Assembly (NCBI GenBank): GCA_041191145.1 | Contig: JBEEPK010000002.1 | Coordinates: 3,539-67,538, forward strand | Length of the DNA: 64,000 bases | Source: Bacteroidota bacterium | GTDB taxonomy: Bacteria; Bacteroidota; Ignavibacteria; Kapaibacteriales; UBA961 | Direction: 5' to 3' | Shown here: one piece after another, positions 48,673 to 58,378 of the stretch | How the letters are laid out: each line of letters starts with the position of its first letter | Numbering within the stretch: the stretch's first letter is position 1 | Notes under the pieces: model-generated | The model's input: only the letters and a program-made list of their open reading frames with translations | What the model was told of the DNA's origin: nothing | Databases searched by the model: none | Translations under genes and position numbers: made by a program

Positions 48673-49545
48673 ATGAAATCATCAATATTACTCTCAATCA
48701 TCATGTGTTTTGTTTTTGGAAGCATTGCTTCAGCAATTTCTGATGAAAAAAATGGTGAATATACCTTTAAATCATCTGGATCACATGAAAGTAGTACAGG
48801 TGCACCCGGTGATCGCACATGTGCTCAGTCAGGCTGTCATGAAATGAGCGAAATAATCAATGATGATACAACGAATACTTTGATCTTTTCTGATGGTGAT
48901 GGATTGTATGGAAATGCGATGGAAGGAATTAGACTGAGAGTACGCAAAGAAGATAAAGTCAAATTTGGATTTCAAATCGTATGTCTTGATTCTCTCAATA
49001 AAAATGCTGGTTCATGGGTTCTGTTGAATAAAGAAAGAGTTCAAACTCAAGGTGCAGATTTTTTCTTGGTAAGTGCTTTTGGAAGATCTTATGTAACCCA
49101 TACCTATAAAGGTAACTTGGCTCAAGTACCAGGTGAAATATACTGGGATTTTGCTTGGTTGCCCCCTGCAAATGGATATCAGGGAAAAGTCACTTTTTAT
49201 GTCATGAGCAATTGTGCAAACAATGACAACACGAATGGTGGTGATACTTTTTATGCCTCAAAGCATACATTACGACATATGTCAAGCATGACATCAATTG
49301 AAGATGATGGACAAATCCCTTGTAAAATTGGGCATAACACATGGTTCTTACCAATGAATCTTCATCATGAGATTACACAAATTCGATGCATTGATATAAA
49401 GGGTAGAGTCCAACTCATTAACTGGAATATCATTGGTGATCAGGGATTCGAAATTACATTGCCATCAACCGATTTGAGAGGATTTGTTACTCTCATCATT
49501 GAATTCGAGAATGGGATAACACTGAAAAAACACGTAATTATCTGA
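48673..49545 (+). CDS. Secreted protein with N-terminal 'STGAPGDRTCAQSGCH' motif and T9SS-like C-terminal sorting domain (paralog B)
   Basis: Signal peptide. Shares the 'SSTGAPG..TCA.SGCH', 'FGFQ', 'THTYKGNLAQ' and 'ANNDN..GD' blocks with paralog A. C-terminal 'GFVTLIIEFENGITLKKHVII' tail. Confidence 0.6.
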   Translation: MKSSILLSIIMCFVFGSIASAISDEKNGEYTFKSSGSHESSTGAPGDRTCAQSGCHEMSEIINDDTTNTLIFSDGDGLYGNAMEGIRLRVRKEDKVKFGFQIVCLDSLNKNAGSWVLLNKERVQTQGADFFLVSAFGRSYVTHTYKGNLAQVPGEIYWDFAWLPPANGYQGKVTFYVMSNCANNDNTNGGDTFYASKHTLRHMSSMTSIEDDGQIPCKIGHNTWFLPMNLHHEITQIRCIDIKGRVQLINWNIIGDQGFEITLPSTDLRGFVTLIIEFENGITLKKHVII

Positions 49546-49627
49546 ATTTGATTCTGATACTGTAAGGAATTCAATACTTTTGTGTCTTACTCTTTGGCGG
49601 ACGCCTTGTCCGTATTGAGAACCACGG

Positions 49628-49987
49628 ATGCAAGACATTATGGCGGACTCAGAAGTGCATACAATCAAAGAAGTTAGCTTGATTGTTGATGAAGAACAAC
49701 ATGTTCTTCGTTATTGGGAAAGAGAATTTGCTTTTCTCAATCCCCAGAAAAATGAAGCAGGAAATAGGATGTACACTTCAGTTGATTTGGCAATTGTCAA
49801 GGAATTGAAGCGATTGATCAGAACGGAAAGGAAAACCATACAGGAAGCAAGGAAAGCTTTTCTTGAACAATATCCCGATGGCATTGTAGAAATACCAAAA
49901 GTTAGCAAGGTTCAATCTCAAGGTAATTCTGATTTGTCTCAAATACAATCTGAATTAGAAGAGATTATCAAAAAGCTCAAAACCTAA
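49628..49987 (+). CDS. MerR-family transcriptional regulator
   Basis: HTH 'HTIKEVSLIVDEEQHVLRYWEREF' followed by a coiled-coil. Confidence 0.6.
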   Translation: MQDIMADSEVHTIKEVSLIVDEEQHVLRYWEREFAFLNPQKNEAGNRMYTSVDLAIVKELKRLIRTERKTIQEARKAFLEQYPDGIVEIPKVSKVQSQGNSDLSQIQSELEEIIKKLKT

Positions 49988-50037
49988 GATTAGTACATAA
50001 CAACTCAACATTTAAAGTAATTTGGGAATCACACAAG

Positions 50038-51054
50038 ATGCGCAATATGCTCAAGTATGTCGCAATCCCTATTGCAAGTTATATGATGATGTCTTTTTCG
50101 ACATTTGCGCAACAGCGCACATATGACTTGAAAACAGTAGGAAAGCATGATGATGAAGTTCTCGGTGTATTTGTCAATGGAGACAATACACGATTTGCAA
50201 CTTCTAGTTTGGATGAAAGCATAAAAATTTGGTCAATACCTGAAGGGAAGGATTTGATCACCATCAAAGGTCACCTTGGTCATGTCAATAATATTTCATT
50301 TTCCGGTGATGACAAGCAAATTGCTAGTGCAAGCACTGATCGTACAGTAAGAGTATGGGATGTTGCAACAGGCACACAGCAATATGTACTCACAGGACAT
50401 ACAGCAGAAGTAATTGGCGTATATTTTAGTCCTAAAAATGATTATATCGCTAGTACTAGTTTTGATCGAACCGTAAAATTGTGGGACACCAAACTTCGTA
50501 CGGAAGTCAAGACTTTACGCGGTCATACTGATAAAACAAATGATGTTGCGTATAGTTATGATGGACAATATCTTGCTTCATGCAGTGATGATAAAACAAT
50601 CAAAATATGGAGTACAGACATTAACTCAAAAGAGGCATTATTGACACTGACAGGACATGATACTCAAGTATTAACAGTCCTTTACAGTTTTGATTCCAAA
50701 AGACTTGCTTCTGCTGATGAAAAAGGCGTTGTTAAAATATGGGAAATGCCATCTGGCACTTTGCTCCGTACAATCAATGCTCATAATGAAATCGTTCAGT
50801 CTGTTTCTTGGGCAGAAGACAATCGTACTATTGTTACTGCAAGCCTTGACAAGTTCGTTAAGCTTTGGAATAGTGATACAGGTGAAAATTTGATGTCGAT
50901 GGATGTAGGTTCTGATATCTGGGGTGTTGATTTAACCAGTAGTGCCGATCATATCATGGTTGGTTGCGCCGATGGTACTGTCAAAATGTTGGTCGAGAAA
51001 AAAGAAGCAATCAAAGGCAAAGAAAAACCCAAAGGCAAAGGAGGTAAAAAATGA
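50038..51054 (+). CDS. Signal-peptide WD40-repeat beta-propeller protein with Lys-rich C-terminus
   Basis: Cleavable signal 'MMMSFSTFAQQ'. Seven WD repeats ('GH.D.V..V.FSPDG...AS.S.D.T.K.W'). Confidence 0.75.
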   Translation: MRNMLKYVAIPIASYMMMSFSTFAQQRTYDLKTVGKHDDEVLGVFVNGDNTRFATSSLDESIKIWSIPEGKDLITIKGHLGHVNNISFSGDDKQIASASTDRTVRVWDVATGTQQYVLTGHTAEVIGVYFSPKNDYIASTSFDRTVKLWDTKLRTEVKTLRGHTDKTNDVAYSYDGQYLASCSDDKTIKIWSTDINSKEALLTLTGHDTQVLTVLYSFDSKRLASADEKGVVKIWEMPSGTLLRTINAHNEIVQSVSWAEDNRTIVTASLDKFVKLWNSDTGENLMSMDVGSDIWGVDLTSSADHIMVGCADGTVKMLVEKKEAIKGKEKPKGKGGKK

Positions 51055-51755
51055 AATATCTATCGTATCTCCTGCTTTCAAGTTTATTCTTGATTTTTAG
51101 CTTTAATTCTGTTTCTGCTCAGCAAATCATGAGTGTTACCGGAGCTGTAATAGATCAGACGACTCGAAATCCTGTCAGCATAATCGTGTCATTCTATGAT
51201 AAAAACAATAAAAAAATGGGTTCTTCAAAAAGCAACTCTGCAACAGGTTATTATCTTGTAACAGGTTTGAAGCAAGGCGAAACCTATAAAGTGCAACTTG
51301 AATCTCCTGATTATTTCAAAGATGAATTTGAAGTTACGCTTCCCGTGTCCAAGAAATATGCTGATGTTTCTCGTGACTTTGCAGTTAAGCCTCTAGCTAA
51401 AGGCACAAAGATCCTATTGGAAGTGGCTCCATTTGAATTGAAGAAGTCTAAACTTCGAGTGGGTGCTGAAGATTATCTGGCAGATGTAAAAAAAATGATG
51501 ATCTTAAATCCAGGTGTTACAGTTGAAATTCAGACATATCCAGATGCCGAAGGTGACCCAGCGGTGAATGAGACATTCACCATGGAAAGAGCTCAAGCAA
51601 TCAAGAAGTATTTGGTAGATAATGGGGTACGCGAGCAGAAAATAGTACTCAAAGCTTCAGGTCAGACTGATAGCATTAATCCACCTCCAAAGTATAAAAC
51701 AGCGAAAGGAAAACGCTATATCGGACCAATTTATATAGTAGTTACCAAGGTATGA
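51051..51755 (+). CDS. OmpA-like/carboxypeptidase-regulatory-like domain protein, secreted
   Basis: Signal peptide. N-terminal CarbopepD_reg-like beta-sandwich ('VTGAVIDQTTRNPV'). Degenerate OmpA_C-like C-terminal region ('ERAQAIKKYLVDNGV'). Overlaps the WD40 gene by 4 bp. Confidence 0.5.
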   Translation: MKYLSYLLLSSLFLIFSFNSVSAQQIMSVTGAVIDQTTRNPVSIIVSFYDKNNKKMGSSKSNSATGYYLVTGLKQGETYKVQLESPDYFKDEFEVTLPVSKKYADVSRDFAVKPLAKGTKILLEVAPFELKKSKLRVGAEDYLADVKKMMILNPGVTVEIQTYPDAEGDPAVNETFTMERAQAIKKYLVDNGVREQKIVLKASGQTDSINPPPKYKTAKGKRYIGPIYIVVTKV

Positions 51756-51794
51756 TTCAGTAATAGCATCTGAAGACTTTTTTCCTATCTTGCA

Positions 51795-51826
51795 GGGCAT
51801 TCATGTGAATGCCCTCATTATTTTAA
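51795..51826 (+). terminator. Rho-independent terminator
   Basis: GGGCATTC-atgt-GAATGCCC hairpin followed by a T-rich tract. Confidence 0.65.
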
Positions 51827-51832
51827 AGAAAG

Positions 51833-53392
51833 ATGAGCAATTATTCAGATAGAAGAGATTTTCTTAAAGTGCTGATCGGGGGAACCGGTGCAGCATTTCT
51901 CGCACTGCACGGTTGTGGAGATGACACATCTAAAATACAAAGGGTTGCCGGTCCTAATCCTGAGACCATACTCAAAAGACAAAGATTCTCCATTGCACAT
52001 CAATATGTGCGTGATAAAAGTATAGATGGGGCAAAGAATAATAATGTACCATTGCAATGTGATGTAGTAATAATCGGAGCAGGAGCTTCTGGTTTGGCAG
52101 CTGCATTGACATTACATGATGCGGGTTACGATGTGTTATTGCTTGAAAATGAAAGTCAAGTAGGAGGTGCAGGAATTCATGGAAGCATGCATGATATAAA
52201 ATATCCATATGGCTCTGTTTATTTTGTTGATTACTCGGATGATATTAAAAAGATCTGTGCAAGAACAGGCTTGCAACCATTGCCCGCACCTGAAGATGCG
52301 GTATTGCATCAAGGACAATTGATTGGTAATTTTTGGTCAGATGCATCTCTTCAATCTTTAGAAGTATCTCAAATTGAAAAAGATGGTATGAAGCTATTCA
52401 GGGATGTGCTTTTAAATGATCAAAAGGTCCCTTCCTATCCTTTGCCTCGAGTATTGTCGAAATATGAAGCAGAATTGGATGCACAATCTGCAAAGGATTA
52501 TCTGTCTCAATTTTCTTCCCCATATCTTGAAACATTGCTTGATCTTTATTCAAGATCTTCAATGGGTGGTGCATTAAATGAATCCAATGCATATTGCTTA
52601 TTAAACTTTTATTCTTCTGAGATTGGAAGCGAGTTTGGAAAAGATCGCTTTACTTTTCCTGGTGGTATGAATGCACTGTACAAAGCAATTGCTACTCTGA
52701 TCCCACAGGAAAAGGTGATGACAAATCATTTGGCATTTGCAATTGTAAATACAAAAGATGGCGTTGAAGTATCCTGTGTGAGTGATGACAATGAAATCAG
52801 AAAAGTGAAGGCAAAAAAAATCATTATGACAGGTCAAAAACATGTTTCTGCTTTTATGATTCAAGATTTACCAGACGCTCAAAGATCAGCGATGATGTCA
52901 ATGCAATATCCTCCATATGCCACCATGCATTTTACATGTGAAGAAGAACTCTTTCCGAATCATATCATGGATGTATGGACTCCCGAGGCTACCCCATTTT
53001 GTACTGATATCATTTGTTCAAATGCAATGCAAGGATCTAAGAAGAAGTATGATCATCATGTGTACTCAATTTTTGGTGCAATGCCACAACAGCAAAGAAG
53101 TGTTTTGTTGGATGATCAAGCCATGGCCAAACATGGTGTAGACATTATTTCAAAAACAATGAAGTATCTTGGCAAGTCGCTTGATTCAATTTCTCAAATT
53201 GAAGTATTTGGATGGGGACATGCCCTTGCAATACCATTTCCCGGCTCACATAATGGTCCGGCTCAATTGGCTTCTGCCAGACATGGAAATATCTTCTTCG
53301 GTGCATCTGACAATGATGCCGCATCTAGCGTAGAGAATGCACTTGCAAATGGTTTCGCTTCAGGTAGGGAGGTCATTCAGTCATTGAATTAA
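51833..53392 (+). CDS. Tat-exported FAD-dependent oxidoreductase (amine-oxidase/phytoene-desaturase-like), probable lipoprotein
   Basis: Twin-arginine signal 'RRDFLKVLIGGTGAAFLALHGC'. Dinucleotide-binding 'VVIIGAGASGLAAAL...LLENESQVGG'. Confidence 0.65.
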   Translation: MSNYSDRRDFLKVLIGGTGAAFLALHGCGDDTSKIQRVAGPNPETILKRQRFSIAHQYVRDKSIDGAKNNNVPLQCDVVIIGAGASGLAAALTLHDAGYDVLLLENESQVGGAGIHGSMHDIKYPYGSVYFVDYSDDIKKICARTGLQPLPAPEDAVLHQGQLIGNFWSDASLQSLEVSQIEKDGMKLFRDVLLNDQKVPSYPLPRVLSKYEAELDAQSAKDYLSQFSSPYLETLLDLYSRSSMGGALNESNAYCLLNFYSSEIGSEFGKDRFTFPGGMNALYKAIATLIPQEKVMTNHLAFAIVNTKDGVEVSCVSDDNEIRKVKAKKIIMTGQKHVSAFMIQDLPDAQRSAMMSMQYPPYATMHFTCEEELFPNHIMDVWTPEATPFCTDIICSNAMQGSKKKYDHHVYSIFGAMPQQQRSVLLDDQAMAKHGVDIISKTMKYLGKSLDSISQIEVFGWGHALAIPFPGSHNGPAQLASARHGNIFFGASDNDAASSVENALANGFASGREVIQSLN

Positions 53393-53400
53393 GGGGTAGT

Positions 53401-54492
53401 ATGCAGAATAATATGCGATGGGGAGCTAATGAAATCATTGGATTGTCTTTGTTGAGTTCAATCCATGGACCACTACTTCGATCAATTGTCGAAAAATACT
53501 CCTCTCTTGAATCCTATTGTAGATATGGCTTGACACAGCCATTATTTTTGGGAAATGAACAATCAAACGCAGAACATATCATTCAAATAGGAAGAAATCA
53601 TAGGGAACAACATGAACAATACAATATCTCAATCATTACGTTTAATTGCGAAAACTATCCAGAAACTCTCAAACATATAGAGTATCCTCCTCCATTACTC
53701 TATGTAAAAGGTTCTTTGAATCATTCAATGGGGTATGCAATTGTAGGGACAAGGAATCCAACGCTTTATGGACAAAGAGTTACGGAACAATATGCCGAAG
53801 AATTTTCACGACATGGAATATGCATCATCAGTGGATTGGCACAAGGCATTGATACCATAGCGCATCGCTCAACATTGAATTCAAATGGTTTAACTTATGC
53901 CGTTATAGCATCAGGACATGAAATGATTAGTCCTAAATCTGCAAAGTGGCTATCGGATGAAATTATTGAAAAAGGTGGTGCAGTCATCAGCGAATATTCA
54001 ATGAATGTAAAGGCAAAACCTCCATTTTTTCCTAGAAGAAATCGCATCATTAGTGGTCTGAGTTCTGCTGTATTAATTGTTGAAAGCGGTAAATCAGGTG
54101 GATCAATGATAACCGCTCAATTTGCCTTCGATCAAAATAGAGATCTATATGCCATTCCGGGAAGTATTTACTCTCCAATGTCTGAAGGAAATCATTTATT
54201 ACTTGCCCAACAAAAAGCAATCTTGACTCAATCTCCACTAGACATGTTGGTTCAAATAAAGGAACATGTCACAGTACCCATAAAATGCAGCGAATGTGAT
54301 TCAAATGAACATGCTATATTGCAAGTATTGGGCGATGAACCATTGCATATAGATCAAATTATTGCATTGACTACATTTACTATGTCCAATGTTCTATCTA
54401 CTTTATTGGCTTTGGAGTGCCGGCAACTTGTGAAGCAAATGACCGGCATGAATTTCATACGATTGACACATGCATTCACACTCAAATCGTAA
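53401..54492 (+). CDS. dprA: DNA-processing protein DprA (Smf)
   Basis: 'GYAIVGTRNPTLYGQRV...ISGLAQGIDTIAHRSTL' Rossmann-fold signature. Confidence 0.85.
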   Translation: MQNNMRWGANEIIGLSLLSSIHGPLLRSIVEKYSSLESYCRYGLTQPLFLGNEQSNAEHIIQIGRNHREQHEQYNISIITFNCENYPETLKHIEYPPPLLYVKGSLNHSMGYAIVGTRNPTLYGQRVTEQYAEEFSRHGICIISGLAQGIDTIAHRSTLNSNGLTYAVIASGHEMISPKSAKWLSDEIIEKGGAVISEYSMNVKAKPPFFPRRNRIISGLSSAVLIVESGKSGGSMITAQFAFDQNRDLYAIPGSIYSPMSEGNHLLLAQQKAILTQSPLDMLVQIKEHVTVPIKCSECDSNEHAILQVLGDEPLHIDQIIALTTFTMSNVLSTLLALECRQLVKQMTGMNFIRLTHAFTLKS

Positions 54493-55489
54493 ACGCGATC
54501 ATATTGATATCTGTCTTGGACCCGAAATTGAGCATGCTTCGGGCAGTGGTTTTGATGCATATGAATTCCTTCATGTGGCATTGCCTGAGATTGATTATGA
54601 AGATATTGAACTTCAAGTCAATTTCTTGGGTCATGACATCAGTGCTCCACTGTTTATTTCAGGAATGACAGGTGGAATTAATGATGCAGTTAACATTAAT
54701 GGTGAATTGGCTGAATTATGTTCAGATATGAATATTCCATTTGTGCTCGGATCACAGAGATCAATGTTATACGATCTTGCATCTGATGAATCATTCACCA
54801 TTGCTAGAAAAAGAGCTCCAAATGGATTGATATCAGCAAATATTGGCGCAACAGAAATAGCATGTAGTGAACATCAGGCGGGAATTTTGTCTATCATTGA
54901 TAGGATTGACGCAAACTTTCTAACAGTACATGCTAATCCTTTGCAAGAGTTGTTTCAACCTGAAGGGAATACGAGATTTTCCGGTGTATTGCGAGGAATT
55001 GAACAAATTCGTGGAAAAATTGACATTCCAATCATTGTCAAGGAAGTGGGTTCCGGTATTTCTTTGGAGTTAGCCAAAAAATTACATGATATCGGAGTGG
55101 ATGCAATCGATGTAGCGGGAAAAGGTGGCACCAGTTGGTCTGCGGTTGAAATGAAAAGAAATCAAAGTGAGTTTTCAGAATACTTCAGAGAATGGGGAAT
55201 GCCAACTTCCTATTGTTTGCTATCACTTCGGGAGTATTGCGGTAAAGTTGGAATGAGTATAATGTCTTCAGGTGGAATCAGGAATACGCATGATATAGCG
55301 ATGTCTATTGCAATGGGAGCAACATCAGTCGGTATGGCTAGACCTATTCTACTGGCATATCATGAGAATGGAATTCAAGCTGTTCAAGCATTACTGGAGG
55401 ATAACATGATAAATCTGAAAAGAATCATGTTTCTTACCGGTTCCAAAAACTGCAATCAATTATCACATGCAATGTTCAGAAAGATTTAA
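54470..55489 (+). CDS. fni: Type 2 isopentenyl-diphosphate delta-isomerase (FMN-dependent)
   Basis: 'KRDHIDICLG', 'FISGMTGG' and a TIM-barrel FMN motif 'SGGIRNTHDIAMSIAMGATSVG'. Confidence 0.85.
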   Translation: MHSHSNRKRDHIDICLGPEIEHASGSGFDAYEFLHVALPEIDYEDIELQVNFLGHDISAPLFISGMTGGINDAVNINGELAELCSDMNIPFVLGSQRSMLYDLASDESFTIARKRAPNGLISANIGATEIACSEHQAGILSIIDRIDANFLTVHANPLQELFQPEGNTRFSGVLRGIEQIRGKIDIPIIVKEVGSGISLELAKKLHDIGVDAIDVAGKGGTSWSAVEMKRNQSEFSEYFREWGMPTSYCLLSLREYCGKVGMSIMSSGGIRNTHDIAMSIAMGATSVGMARPILLAYHENGIQAVQALLEDNMINLKRIMFLTGSKNCNQLSHAMFRKI

Positions 55490-56154
55490 CGAAATTGATC
55501 CTCAGTGATTCCTTTATTGACTATGATATTTGTGTAAGCGATTTGTGCGCTCCCTTTTGTATTCTTCTTCTCACCACCCTTCTTCTTTTCTGCTAGTAAA
55601 TCACCTGTCATGGATTTTGGGAGCGAGAAAGCGGGGACATCAAATGACATAAAAATTGAGGATGGCAGAGCATATCTTTCAAATTGCTTCTCATAATTCA
55701 TGTCCATGATGATAGTTCCACCTTTGGTCACAGCAGACATCTTGCCTATCAATTCTTTCTTAGAATCGATCCATACTGTTGCTACAATGATCTGACCTGT
55801 ATCAGCAATGGGAATGACTTTTTTTACTTTATACACTATTCCCTTGATATTTTCATCTGGAAGATCAACACTTGTGAATGGGGATTCCAATAATGCAGCA
55901 AATGGTAAACCTGCACCTTGTTTGGGAAGCATGGAAAAACCTTCGGACTTGACTTTAAGTCTACCCGGTGCTTTGTAGAGTATTGTGGCTTTAGAAGGCT
56001 TGGCTTTTAAAAACTCAACATTTAGAGTGATAACTGCCTCTGCTCTGAAATCTTTGATTGTACGAACTTTGTCTCTGACTTTTAATAATAAAGCATCATT
56101 TGCAAAAAGTGGGGAAGCAAGCAAGAAAGAAATTGCGATGATGATCAAATGCAT
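55486..56154 (-). CDS. LolA-like outer-membrane lipoprotein-sorting-fold protein
   Basis: Signal peptide. 'FRAEAVITLNVEFLKAKPSKATILYKAPGRLKVK' resembles LolA/LppX-fold proteins. Confidence 0.4.
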   Translation of the reverse strand: MHLIIIAISFLLASPLFANDALLLKVRDKVRTIKDFRAEAVITLNVEFLKAKPSKATILYKAPGRLKVKSEGFSMLPKQGAGLPFAALLESPFTSVDLPDENIKGIVYKVKKVIPIADTGQIIVATVWIDSKKELIGKMSAVTKGGTIIMDMNYEKQFERYALPSSIFMSFDVPAFSLPKSMTGDLLAEKKKGGEKKNTKGSAQIAYTNIIVNKGITEDQFR

Positions 56155-56213
56155 GATGGATATACCTTGTTAATGATGCGCTTGTAACACGCTGGATAGA
56201 CTAATCGTTCCTT

Positions 56214-57440
56214 TCAAACCTCCACATAATTCATGTCTTTACCGAATGTCTCTTCCAAGGGTAATACTGATATGATGGCAATTGCAGTACAGGCAAGTCC
56301 TACGCAAAGTGCGGCATATTTCATACCTATCATTGGTATGAGAGCTGCAAAAGCCACAGATATGATATTGAGTGACCCACGAGCAATATTGGGTACGGTG
56401 GTTGCAACTGTCGCTCGAAGATTGGTTCCAAATTGCTCCGCTGCAATCGTAACGAAAATTGCCCAAAAACCTACTGAAATTCCCAATATGAAAATCCACC
56501 AATACATCATTATTGCACTTGAAAAAGGTATTGTAAGATAGCCGATGAAACAGAATGCATTGAATGTCAAAAACTGTAACATGACTTTTCTTCTGCTCTT
56601 ATAAACCTGGCTGAGCCATCCTGAAAGAAAATCTCCAATGGCAAGCCCTGCATAGCAAAATGCGATTGCATCTCCTCCCGATATCTTTTCGGTTATACCA
56701 TGCTCTTTGGCAAATTCAGGTGCAAGAGTCACCAAAATACCAACCACAAACCAAGTAGGCATTCCAATCAAAATGCACAGAATAAAGCGTCTGAGTAAAT
56801 GCGGGGTCGTGAGCAATTGCAATAAGCTTCCTTTTTTATGATCTGATTTCTTGACATTAGAAAACATATCTGATTCCACCACTTTGATCCGCAATAACAA
56901 TAATGCTAACCCCATTATTCCACCAACGATATAGGCAGTTCTCCAATCCAACTTTGCAACCATATTTGCGAGTAAAGCTCCCGTGACACCAATTCCGGCT
57001 ACTATCATTGTGCCATAACCTCTTTGATCTTTTGGCAATACTTCGGAGACAAGAGTAATGCCTACTCCCAATTCACCGGCAAGTCCAATACCGGCTATGA
57101 AACGAAGAATCGCATATTGCTCTACAGAAACCACAAAGGCATTTAATGTATTAGCCAATGAGTATAATAATATAGAACCAAATAAAGTGGATATTCTTCC
57201 TTTTTTATCACCTAAAACTCCCCAGAACACGCCACCAATCAAAGTTCCGGCCATCTGCATGTTCAATAAAAACAAACCTTGTGATGTGATTTGTTCAGGC
57301 AATAAACCAAGTGATGCCAAGCTGGGAACTCGGACAACACTGAAGAGAATGAGATCATAGATATCAACAAAATAACCGAGTGCAGCCACAATAACCGCTG
57401 CATTCATCGCTGAATTTCGTAAACCTGCTAAATGAGACAT
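56214..57440 (-). CDS. MFS transporter
   Basis: Twelve-TM hydrophobic profile. 'GDKKGRISTLF'-type MFS motif A. Confidence 0.75.
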   Translation of the reverse strand: MSHLAGLRNSAMNAAVIVAALGYFVDIYDLILFSVVRVPSLASLGLLPEQITSQGLFLLNMQMAGTLIGGVFWGVLGDKKGRISTLFGSILLYSLANTLNAFVVSVEQYAILRFIAGIGLAGELGVGITLVSEVLPKDQRGYGTMIVAGIGVTGALLANMVAKLDWRTAYIVGGIMGLALLLLRIKVVESDMFSNVKKSDHKKGSLLQLLTTPHLLRRFILCILIGMPTWFVVGILVTLAPEFAKEHGITEKISGGDAIAFCYAGLAIGDFLSGWLSQVYKSRRKVMLQFLTFNAFCFIGYLTIPFSSAIMMYWWIFILGISVGFWAIFVTIAAEQFGTNLRATVATTVPNIARGSLNIISVAFAALIPMIGMKYAALCVGLACTAIAIISVLPLEETFGKDMNYVEV

Positions 57441-57454
57441 AGAGTAACCATAAA

Positions 57455-58378
57455 TTAATGTCGTCCGCTAAAATATGTTGCATCAATGAATTCTTCGGTA
57501 TACACTCTTTTTTCTTTAATTGAAGGATCGGTATTCTCGAGCATTTCCTGATCAATGATCCATTCACTTCCTGTCAACATCTTGATGATATCTTGAGATT
57601 TGCGAATCTCGGCAGAGTATTTCTCTATTTGCTGATTGAGTGTGATTCCATGATTAGTAATCCAATTGGAATCTTTCAAACCCAATGCATAGCAGAATGG
57701 AATCTGAGTTTTGAGTTTTGCTATATATTCAACTTCTTTGCTTATCAGAGTTTGTACTTTTTGTAATTCATGCATCAATTCTTCTTTATTAGAGCTTGAT
57801 TCTTCCAATGAATCTGAAACTACTAGGGGAGAGTTGCATATGAGTGTGTGTAGTGCATGAAGTGTATGAAGATCTTTCTCATCATATGCTTTTTGTACTG
57901 AAATCCAATATTTCTGAGTTAGATCCGGATCGGCGCCGGAATCTGGATGTAGTTTCTTTGCCAATTCTTTATACAACTTTGGTAGAGATGCATGAACATG
58001 TGAATGATCTAATGCAATCTTCGCTTTTGATTGCTGACTAAGTAATTCTTGCATTCTGTCTTTTAATGCAGCGAATTCTTTGTCAACCACTTTATGAATC
58101 AATGCAATCAACTCAGGAGTTAATTTTTCCCCTCTCTGAAATTTCGTCATCAATAACTCAGCTCTTCTTTGCAATTCGCTGTTTTGCAATGCTTTCTGCT
58201 GAATTTCAATCTCCAGATGTTTGAAATGTATATCATATTCGGCATGTAAAGAGCTTTTCTCGTGTTCCTTCATTCGATGATGCTCATGCATCAATTCCTG
58301 CAATTCTCTTCTGGATTTGAGAATCTGATTTTTTAGATCAATGATTTCTTGATGAAGCGATATCTGCGACATACTCAT
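57455..58378 (-). CDS. Coiled-coil protein with J-domain-like segment
   Basis: 'LYKELAKKLHPDSGADPDLTQKYWISVQKAYDEKDL' contains an HPD tripeptide in a DnaJ helix II/III context. Long heptad-like N-terminal region. Confidence 0.45.
   Translation of the reverse strand: MSMSQISLHQEIIDLKNQILKSRRELQELMHEHHRMKEHEKSSLHAEYDIHFKHLEIEIQQKALQNSELQRRAELLMTKFQRGEKLTPELIALIHKVVDKEFAALKDRMQELLSQQSKAKIALDHSHVHASLPKLYKELAKKLHPDSGADPDLTQKYWISVQKAYDEKDLHTLHALHTLICNSPLVVSDSLEESSSNKEELMHELQKVQTLISKEVEYIAKLKTQIPFCYALGLKDSNWITNHGITLNQQIEKYSAEIRKSQDIIKMLTGSEWIIDQEMLENTDPSIKEKRVYTEEFIDATYFSGRH

Noticed and set aside
49546-49627. Possible structured RNA ('TGGCGGAC' x2) upstream of the MerR gene
   Set aside because: Only a short direct repeat. 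More likely the MerR promoter/operator region. No convincing fold.
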